NCBI RefSeq assembly: GCF_000018105.1
Contig: NC_009933.1
Coordinates: 88,694-120,693 of the forward strand
From: Acaryochloris marina MBIC11017
GTDB lineage: Bacteria > Cyanobacteriota > Cyanobacteriia > Thermosynechococcales > Thermosynechococcaceae
Direction: 5' to 3'
Length of the DNA stretch: 32,000 bases
Position numbers and translations under genes: made by a program
Shown here: positions 25,537 to 32,000 of the stretch, one piece after another
How the letters are laid out: every line of letters starts with the position of its first letter
Position numbering within the stretch: the stretch's first letter is position 1
The notes under the pieces: generated by a model
The model's input: the letters and a program-made list of their open reading frames with translations, nothing else
Databases searched by the model: none
Told to the model about the DNA's origin: nothing

Positions 25537-25566
25537 TTGTCCCTCCCAGGTCATCTTGCCTATGTT
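25537..25566 (+). promoter_or_regulatory. Recurrent promoter-like motif P5
   Basis: cgaTTTGTCCctcccaggtcatcttgccTATGTTtc. It ends 28 nt before the ATG at 25595. Confidence 0.55.
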
Positions 25567-25594
25567 TCATAGGTAAACCTCGCGAGGGTTTTAA

Positions 25595-27118
25595 ATGTCT
25601 ACCTTCAAAGACCTATACAACACGGCGAAGGAGGCCGAGGATGTCGCCTTTGCCCTGTCCCCGATCCCCCTTGGATTCGTCAAGAGTGGGATTCAAAACG
25701 TCGGTGTGCCCTTAGTCGTATCGGCTGCGGCCACCCATACTCCATTTATCGCCCCAGTCGCAGGTGCTGCCATTCAATGGGGGAGTGATGCCCTTCAGTC
25801 AGGCACCCATACTCTAGCCCAACAGGCCATGAGTAACTTTGGGGAATCCGTCATGTCTGGCCTACCCGCCTTTGGTGGGATTCAAACCAGCTTTGATTGG
25901 ATATCATCTCAGTCCGCTCAAGTCGCCCTAGCAGGTCAGGATATGGTCACCCATGCCGTGGGTGCCGTGGGGTCCTCCGTCATGTTGGGTCGCACCGTCA
26001 CCAATTCAGCCGTATTGACCTTTCAAAAAGTCAGGCATATAACCGTGGGCGAAGTGATCGCTAGTGGTCAACGGGCCTTAGAGCGGTCCCAAGAATTCTT
26101 GGAGAATGCCGCCAGTTATGTTCGCCAAACCGGGATACGAGCCGAATTATTTGTAGAACAGGAGTTTGCAAAATTGTCTAACACCGAAGAACAGACCACT
26201 AACGTTCAACCGACTGAATCTCCAGAGCAAGCCACCGTGTTCGCCACGGATAAAACCCAAGGTGAAGCAGAAACTCAAATCAAATCTGCGGCCCAAGTCG
26301 AATCAAACGGCACCCAGCCCGAGGTTAACTATCAGCCCTCTGAGAATGGCAATAGTCATACAGAGAATGGCAGACAGGCCAATATCTTTGAGGCGGCAGT
26401 GGAAAGCGCTGTTAATGTAGTCAATCCGATTCGTTCTGAATCTTCTCAAGAGGCAGAAGATTATGTGTTGGGTCTGGTGGATAAGTTAGCCGCTGGCAAT
26501 ATGAACGTGGATCGGCTGTATATCAAGATGGATGGCATTGACATCTTCAAGATGAAGAATGGTGCCCCGGATCCATCAACCTCGATCACGGATACTCAAC
26601 GAGACGCCTTGCAGCAAGCCTTGGAAGACCCCGCAGCCTTTGGGGGGAATCTGGTGATTAAGCAGGGCAATAAAGTCTTACTGAACATCAAGGACGGTCG
26701 AATACTGCACAACCCAATGGGGTTAGCTAAGCAATCTCTGAGTGCTGAAATGGAAACGAAGGAACACCTTCAACAGCAACAGCCAGAGGCTAAACAAGCG
26801 GCAGTGCCCAATAATCCTGCTGAGGGTCTGTGGTCGAAGTATGGAGCCAATGTCTCACCTGATTTGAGAGGGGCTAGGCTAGCGACGGAAAATGCCTTAA
26901 AGGATGGACTGAAACCCAAAGAAGCGCGGGCGATGTTGGCCCAATCCGCTCACTTCCAAGGTCTTAAAGCCGATAAAGGAGCATCAGTTGCAGAAAAAGT
27001 GATTGCCCGCACAGTGAAGACTGCTCAGGCTAGAGTAGCCCAGCAACAGCGACCTAAGCAGAAAGTACAGCAGAAGGAGGAGCAAAAGCAGGCAGCAGTG
27101 ATGGCACCGGGGCTTTGA
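25595..27118 (+). CDS. Hypothetical 507-aa protein; candidate T4SS-associated factor by promoter sharing
   Basis: The N-terminal ~130 aa are Gly/Ala/Val-rich. The centre is acidic and Gln-rich. The C-terminal tail is basic and Gln/Lys-rich. I see no catalytic motif. Confidence 0.6.
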   Translation: MSTFKDLYNTAKEAEDVAFALSPIPLGFVKSGIQNVGVPLVVSAAATHTPFIAPVAGAAIQWGSDALQSGTHTLAQQAMSNFGESVMSGLPAFGGIQTSFDWISSQSAQVALAGQDMVTHAVGAVGSSVMLGRTVTNSAVLTFQKVRHITVGEVIASGQRALERSQEFLENAASYVRQTGIRAELFVEQEFAKLSNTEEQTTNVQPTESPEQATVFATDKTQGEAETQIKSAAQVESNGTQPEVNYQPSENGNSHTENGRQANIFEAAVESAVNVVNPIRSESSQEAEDYVLGLVDKLAAGNMNVDRLYIKMDGIDIFKMKNGAPDPSTSITDTQRDALQQALEDPAAFGGNLVIKQGNKVLLNIKDGRILHNPMGLAKQSLSAEMETKEHLQQQQPEAKQAAVPNNPAEGLWSKYGANVSPDLRGARLATENALKDGLKPKEARAMLAQSAHFQGLKADKGASVAEKVIARTVKTAQARVAQQQRPKQKVQQKEEQKQAAVMAPGL

Positions 27119-27142
27119 TTTTCATAGATGAATTAACTAGTG

Positions 27143-27177
27143 AAAACCCTTGGCTCTTCTTGAGTTGGGGGTTTTTG
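27143..27177 (+). terminator. Rho-independent terminator
   Basis: AAAACCC ttggctcttcttgagttg GGGGTTTTT. The stem is extended by GGCTC/GAGTT with wobble pairs, and a T5 run follows. It lies 25 nt after the stop at 27118. Confidence 0.65.
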
Positions 27178-27355
27178 TCATAAAAAGTAGTACTTAGAGA
27201 AGTGCTCAAGTGACTTGCCGTAAAGATGCTTTTCTTTTGCTCTAACGAAAATGGTCAGGCTGTATGCTTAAGAAGCTGCGTATCTTAAGAAAATCTTAAA
27301 TTAAGGTATAAATCAGCCATTATACCCATCTAAAGTTATTGGTGGTTTTAAAACT

Positions 27356-27592
27356 ATGTCTCCTCCCCTTATGCGCCGTCTCTGGCAAATGATTGAATCG
27401 CTTCCCCAACACTCCCTTGAGAAACTGGATGACTCAGGTTTGGTAGCTTGGTTGCTATCTTACTTAGAACGTCATCACCACCTAAAAACGGACGAACGGA
27501 AAGCCGCTGAAAGTTATCTGAATAACCATATCCTGTTGATTCGTGATATTGCTGAATCACGTCAAATCCATCACTGTCCTCTCGCGGGCTGA
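27356..27592 (+). CDS. Hypothetical small protein
   Basis: 78-aa helical ORF, preceded by a TATAAAT-like element at about 27308. Confidence 0.45.
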   Translation: MSPPLMRRLWQMIESLPQHSLEKLDDSGLVAWLLSYLERHHHLKTDERKAAESYLNNHILLIRDIAESRQIHHCPLAG

Positions 27593-28270
27593 TTCACCAT
27601 AAATAGATTGGGTAAAAGCTCAAGGTGCACAACAGCCCATCTATGCAACATCGCCAGCGAATGAAACCCTAGAGGCTCAGGAATAGCCCTACAAAAAAGC
27701 TAAACAGGATCATATAAAGCCATAACAACTTCATCAATTGACGTATTGGCGCTGTTATTTTCCTCGCCATGGGCAAAAAAGTAGATTTATCATCGGTAGA
27801 ATGTCATGGGAAAGAGGCATAAGTTTTGCCGATCCATTTTGGACATTCAACCTTCTTCGCTATTACTCTCTAGATGAGAAATAAGTTAAGAAACATAAAT
27901 CATGAGCTAACACTACTCATCTATTAGTCTGTAAGGCTACCCTTTTAGATATCCAGGCTGTTTCATCGAAAATCTAAAAGTCAATCCTTGAAAGCAAGTC
28001 TTCATCAGCAGAAATTGACTTTGGCACAAAATTTTAGACTCAATATAAGATGTAGAGATCATAAAAATATTATAAAGGTACTCATTAAGAAACTATAGAT
28101 AAGTTAATATTATTGCCATAATAAACACGACAAATCATTCTTATATAGATTTGTCTTGAGAGAGGGATATCCCTTTCTAATAAATAATGCTGGCCAGCTT
28201 ATAAATTTTTGCTTAGACTATTCGTCAAGCCAGCCCTAGGTACTCGGATCCAAGGGCTGGTTTGCCATTA

Positions 28271-28525
28271 ATGATGATTAAAACGCTTGAGCCTAAACAG
28301 AAAGACCTCATATTTTGCAGTTACCGTAACTCCTCGCCTCGGGTTGAGGTGGTACGGGTCACTAATATCGTGAACTGGTACTTTGAACGGGTTGTTTTCC
28401 CACAACAGCATCTAATGTTCAATGCACCTCGAAAAGCACACCTTGAAATCCATAGCAGTGAAATCGCCACAGCTATTCAGGTGGATTGCATTCCCTGTCA
28501 GCGATTACGTGTAAAAACAGCTTAG
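28271..28525 (+). CDS. DUF1830-like small protein (cyanobacterial family)
   Basis: The ORF is open from 28262 (TTG), and the first ATG is at 28271. The core VRVTNIVNWYFERVVFPQQHLMFNAPRKAHLEIHS matches the NWYFERVVFPGQ signature I recall for DUF1830. Confidence 0.65.
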   Translation: MMIKTLEPKQKDLIFCSYRNSSPRVEVVRVTNIVNWYFERVVFPQQHLMFNAPRKAHLEIHSSEIATAIQVDCIPCQRLRVKTA

Positions 28526-28804
28526 TTGATCTGGGGGGGAATGGAGATGAACTGTACCCAGATGCTAACAGAGTACTTGCTCCATCAATTTCCATGGTGG
28601 CGGGGGAGCCAATTGCGCTATGAACCCGCCAGCAAGACGGTCTATGTTTACTGTAAGTACATGCGTTATCTAGAAATTTTGTTGCATGAGGTCGAGACTA
28701 TTTCCCGACTAGATATTGGAGTGGAACGATTCATCGTCACGGTGCCTCATGAGATGGATATGGTCGTTAAGTGTCAGCCAAATTCGCAGCCTGAGATTCT
28801 GTAA
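28526..28804 (+). CDS. Hypothetical small protein, abutting the DUF1830 gene
   Basis: 92-aa ORF starting directly after the upstream stop. The likely ATG is at 28541 or 28547. Confidence 0.45.
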   Translation: MIWGGMEMNCTQMLTEYLLHQFPWWRGSQLRYEPASKTVYVYCKYMRYLEILLHEVETISRLDIGVERFIVTVPHEMDMVVKCQPNSQPEIL

Positions 28805-29007
28805 GCTCAGGTTTCAAAGGGTTTTGTAAGGTTACACAAAATCAGAAGTGTATTTACCCTGCATAAAAATAGGCTTCTCTGTTTCCACAAATCTTATATT
28901 GAGTATAGAAACCCCTATCAATAAATGAGGAGCATTACTTTAGACACGGATATTTATTTGGGAAAACTAAAATCATAGAAGTATATAAATAAATATTTTG
29001 ATGTTAA

Positions 29008-29917
29008 GAGGATGTATGAAAAGTCTCATCTAACAAAGAAAGCTCTCTCGGCATAAGCTGTAGGTTCTAACAAACCCGCACCGAGTGAGCCATGAGTAAA
29101 GCATATAGTAGCAACCTAACCCTATCCCAATATGAACTGATAGCCCCTCTAATTCCGCCAGCCAAACCCGGTGGACGTCCTCGCTCCGTAAATATGTGGG
29201 CAGTCCTCAACGCCATATTTTATCTAGTGTCACAAGGCTGTAAATGGCGAGACCTCCCGGGGGATTTTCCCTGCTGGTCAACGGTCTATACCTATTTTCG
29301 CAATTGGCGAATAGATGGGACTTGGGTCAAAATTCATGACCGGTTGTGCAGTTGGGTCAGGGCTGATAATGATCGTCCTGCCAGCCCATCACAAGCCATT
29401 ATTGATTCTCAAAGTGTCCCCACAGCAACCATGGTCAATCAAGCGGTGGGCTTTGATCGTGCCAAATACACCAAAGGGCGAAAACGGCACACAGCAGTTG
29501 ATACCCTCGGCTTAGTTCTACGGGTGGTGGTCACGGCAGCAAGTCTGCCTGAGCGTGAAGGTGGCAAAAAGGTCCTCACTGCAGTCCATCAGATGGCAGA
29601 GGCGGTCCAACGGCTCTATTTGATTTGGGCAGATGGGGGGTACAGCGGTCAACCTTTTCTCCAGTGGGCGATGGACAATTTTCGATGGGTGATTGCGGTT
29701 GTACTCAGACCTGAGCAGACCAAGGGGTTTGTTCTGCTCAAGAAACGCTGGGTTGTGGAGAGAACGTTTGGTTGGTTCAATTGGTATCGACGATTGAGTA
29801 AAGATTACGAGCGATTAACTGATTCGTCAGAAGCGATGATTTATATCTGCATGATTCGACTCATGGTCAGGCGATTGGCCTAAACCCTGAGAGGCTGATC
29901 ACTTTTCATACATCCTC
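29008..29917 (+). mobile_element. Intact IS5-family insertion sequence (IS1031/IS427-like subgroup), 910 bp
   Basis: Perfect 17-bp terminal inverted repeats: GAGGATGTATGAAAAGT (29008..29024) and ACTTTTCATACATCCTC (29901..29917). They are flanked by a TAA direct repeat at 29005..29007 and 29918..29920. The element encodes a single transposase ORF. Confidence 0.9.
29092..29883 (+). CDS. IS5-family DDE transposase
   Basis: 263 aa. The N-terminal HTH is LSQYELIAPLIPPAKPGGRPR...LNAIFYLVSQGCKWRDLP. The DDE region is IDSQSV...KGRKRHTAVDTLG...ADGGYSG...KKRWVVERTFGWFNWYRRLSKDYE. Confidence 0.92.
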   Translation: MSKAYSSNLTLSQYELIAPLIPPAKPGGRPRSVNMWAVLNAIFYLVSQGCKWRDLPGDFPCWSTVYTYFRNWRIDGTWVKIHDRLCSWVRADNDRPASPSQAIIDSQSVPTATMVNQAVGFDRAKYTKGRKRHTAVDTLGLVLRVVVTAASLPEREGGKKVLTAVHQMAEAVQRLYLIWADGGYSGQPFLQWAMDNFRWVIAVVLRPEQTKGFVLLKKRWVVERTFGWFNWYRRLSKDYERLTDSSEAMIYICMIRLMVRRLA

Positions 29918-29937
29918 TAAAGATAATCGCCAGTATT

Positions 29938-30399
29938 TTGTCGGGATGTGCTGTTCTGACACTAGCAGTATGTGATGCTCCTAGTTCTGTAGCTTCTACA
30001 CAGAGCATTGAGATAACTGAGCAAATTCAATCTAATATCTCTGAATATGACTTATTTAATCGTGCTCTTAGAAAATATGAGCAAGGAGATTATAAAGGTG
30101 CAATTGCAGATTTTGACCAAGCTATTGCTCTTAATCCTCAGAACGTAATGGCCTATATTCATCGAGGGTTTACCTACGATGATATGAAAGAGTACTCCAA
30201 AGCCATTGCGGATTTTGACCGAGCAATTGCTCTTAATCCCGAACTGCCAGCAGCCTATGGAGGACGGAGTGCTACTTATTTCTCTTTAGACAATACATCG
30301 CAAGCAAAGCAAGATCTGGAGACTGCTGCAAAGCTTTTGAAGGAGCAGGGGGAGCAGGCGAAATATCAGGCAATGTTGGATATTCTGGATTACCTCTAA
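29938..30399 (+). CDS. TPR-repeat protein, a lipoprotein whose 5' end is severed by the IS
   Basis: At least three TPR units (AIADFDQAIALNPQNVMAYIHRG..., AIADFDRAIALNPELPAAYGGR...). The ORF now opens at the TTG at 29938. The original ATG and first two codons lie at 29001..29007, upstream of the IS. Confidence 0.75.
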   Translation: MSGCAVLTLAVCDAPSSVASTQSIEITEQIQSNISEYDLFNRALRKYEQGDYKGAIADFDQAIALNPQNVMAYIHRGFTYDDMKEYSKAIADFDRAIALNPELPAAYGGRSATYFSLDNTSQAKQDLETAAKLLKEQGEQAKYQAMLDILDYL

Positions 30400-30868
30400 A
30401 TACTCCAGTATGGAGTTATTCTCTTCATTCGGTTTCAAGAAAATTTCTGAACTAGACCTTATCATCTAACATTTGTTCTATTGTTGCTGATAACGCCCAG
30501 CCTGTTGGTGCAATAGCCCATATTGAGATGCGCAGGTTTGAGGTTAACCAGATAGAGGACATTGCACGAGGGAATAGGGCAATTCAACTCCCTATCGGTT
30601 GAGCAAACCCATACTTTTTTGATGCATGGCCTGAAATTTCAAGCATTGAAATTCAATCATGACTTGATATTTTCGATGAGTCGCGAATACCAGATCATGG
30701 CCTCATTGTTGCACTGCTATTGAGATCGCAACCAAAAGATGCGGATCCCCCAAAGAGCCCAGGATGGCCAGTAAGATTTAGCCCATTGTTTCGTTTCTTG
30801 CCTATCGCCCTGGGCTTGATCCTAGTTTTTTGCGATTACTCTTGGCAGGTGAAACCCCAGAAATCAGC

Positions 30869-31594
30869 TTATCGACCTAAATTCAGTTGTCGATAACCCA
30901 TCAGTCTTCGAATTCCATTTAGAACCCCAGTCGGTAACTTAAGAAGCACATACTGATGGAGTAGCATCAGGGTATCAGGGAAGGTTTTTTTAAAGCGCAT
31001 CGACCATCGACCCAAGGCATCGGTCACCGTTTGAGCACTACTTTTCGTTGCATAAGTTGTGGTCCCCGTGAAGCCAATATGCTTGAAATCCTTGGATTGG
31101 AATAAATATTTATCCACAACCCGTTTGGGTCCTAAATAACCCATCAGCTGATTGAACGGACTACTGGTTGAATCATGAAATGCAATGATTCCCCCATCCA
31201 CAACAAATCGAGACCAAAGCAGAAAATCTTGCTCTACCATGTCATGTTCATGGTTGCCATCAATAAACAGCATACCGATAGGTTGTGTCCATCCTTCACA
31301 GGCATCTGCTGATGTTTTCACAATGGGAGTGACTAACTCTCTAATCCCAGCACTCGACACATTATGTTCAAACTCTGGATAAGAATCTTCTTGATGTGGG
31401 TCGATCGCATAGATATGAACGTTGTTACCTGCCGCTGAGCCTTGGCTGAGGCAAATCGTTGACTTACCTTTCCAAGAACCAATTTCCACGATCACCGTGC
31501 CAGGAGGACAGGCCTTCGCCTGCGAGTACAGGAATTGAGCTTCTGAATCAGTAAGCCATCCCTTTACATAGTCAGGAATGTTTGGAGTAATCAT
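30869..31594 (-). CDS. Class I SAM-dependent methyltransferase (Methyltransf_24/CmcI-like)
   Basis: 241 aa. The SAM-binding motif is VIVEIGSWKGKST, followed by IYAIDPH and LFIDGNHEHD. Confidence 0.8.
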   Translation of the reverse strand: MITPNIPDYVKGWLTDSEAQFLYSQAKACPPGTVIVEIGSWKGKSTICLSQGSAAGNNVHIYAIDPHQEDSYPEFEHNVSSAGIRELVTPIVKTSADACEGWTQPIGMLFIDGNHEHDMVEQDFLLWSRFVVDGGIIAFHDSTSSPFNQLMGYLGPKRVVDKYLFQSKDFKHIGFTGTTTYATKSSAQTVTDALGRWSMRFKKTFPDTLMLLHQYVLLKLPTGVLNGIRRLMGYRQLNLGR

Positions 31595-31664
31595 TTTTCA
31601 AACTTTTTGATTAATAAAAATGTGGCTCTCCGGGAATTAGCGTGGTAGCCGCTAGATATAGTGT

Positions 31665-31862
31665 TTAGGTCACAGCGAATGTCTGATACCCATTGAGGTC
31701 AAGAGAAATCCTTTGGAAGAGTCTTTCAATATCGAAAATACCGTAGCATCGTCTTTTTAAGACTTTGACTCGGTTATTAAATCCTTCCACTATTAGACGA
31801 CAATCGAGCTGACGGATTAATGACGATGTCACGTCGGCTATAGCTATGAAGAAACCAGGCAT
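31665..31862 (-). pseudogene. ISL3-family transposase C-terminal remnant
   Basis: VEGFNNRVKVLKRRCYGIFDIERLFQRISLDL matches the conserved ISL3 C-terminal signature EG(I/F)NN(K/R)IK(V)IKR..(Y/F)G. Only about 65 codons are open. A possible element end (GTGGCTCTCCGGG...) lies near 31621. Confidence 0.6.
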
Positions 31863-32000
31863 CCCCTGAGAAGGATAAAACTAGATCTCAATTCCCTAGA
31901 AATGATGTGTGAGATCGCGTTTCTAGAATTCAATCTCAAGAAAAAAGACACTTTTTACATCCCTAATCAATAGAGGGCTGTACAAGTGCCTAACAAAAGA

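Noticed and set aside
25348-25554. 68-aa - strand ORF between the repeat-protein gene and motif P5
   Set aside because: It spans two strong hairpins, one a + strand terminator, and abuts the promoter motif. It is more plausibly non-coding intergenic sequence.
25595-27118. Possible missing relaxase
   Set aside because: There is no N-terminal catalytic Tyr context and no HxDxxxHxH-type histidine triad. The composition, with Gly/Ala-rich and Gln/Lys-rich tracts, is unlike MOB-family relaxase domains.
28163-28174. Perfect 12-bp palindrome AGGGATATCCCT upstream of the DUF1830 gene
   Set aside because: It is an isolated single palindrome with no second copy or cognate regulator nearby. That is insufficient to call an operator.
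28038-28904. 14-bp inverted repeat (ACTCAATATAAGAT / ATCTTATATTGAGT) bracketing the DUF1830 gene pair, a possible mobile cassette
   Set aside because: The match is short and AT-rich in AT-rich DNA, so a chance match within 1 kb is not negligible. The match does not extend, and no target duplication or transposase is present.
30420-30868. ORF-free 450-bp stretch with a ~58-codon TM-containing frame converging on the methyltransferase gene
   Set aside because: It is below the track threshold, has no start or RBS evidence, and overlaps the end of the convergent gene. It may be a degraded gene, but that is not supportable.
1-32000. Scan for tRNA, rRNA and tmRNA genes
   Set aside because: I noticed no T-loop or acceptor-stem-like signatures (GGTTCGAATCC-type) and no rRNA-like conserved blocks. 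A proper tRNAscan or Infernal run would be needed to exclude small ncRNAs.

Overview
The window reads as an accessory replicon or integrated element, probably cyanobacterial. The taxon call is an inference from a DUF1830-type small protein, the IS types and the overall gene style. The core, about 2.7-22.4 kb and all on the + strand, is a type IV secretion/conjugation cluster. Two members are recognisable with confidence: a VirB4-family ATPase carrying an N-terminal VirB3-like membrane module, and a VirD4/TraG-type coupling protein. A 1029-aa secreted cell-wall hydrolase combines a lambda-lysozyme-like lytic transglycosylase domain with an M23 peptidase domain. Several membrane or secreted proteins match VirB2, B5, B6, B8 and B10 only by topology. 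No relaxase, VirB11-type ATPase or clear VirB9/B7 is visible. A group-3 sigma-70 factor (- strand) and an XRE-type HTH protein lie upstream. A promoter-like motif, ATTTGCACC-N-ATCyTrCC-TATGTTyC with a fixed 18-nt spacer, recurs 28-39 nt upstream of five operon starts. A sixth, decayed copy also exists. Two AT-rich cargo blocks sit exactly at operon boundaries of the cluster. Each contains a diverged 106-116-bp duplicate of the neighbouring gene end. The first block carries a pancreatic-lipase-family enzyme and an Est/YvaK-like esterase on the opposite strand. The 3' third of the window holds small hypothetical genes and an intact IS5-family element with 17-bp IRs and a TAA target duplication. 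That IS splits a TPR lipoprotein gene after its second codon. A SAM-dependent methyltransferase and an ISL3 transposase remnant follow. No rRNA, tRNA or CRISPR array was seen. All coordinates of motifs, hairpins and repeats were located by hand, and no searches or computations were run.
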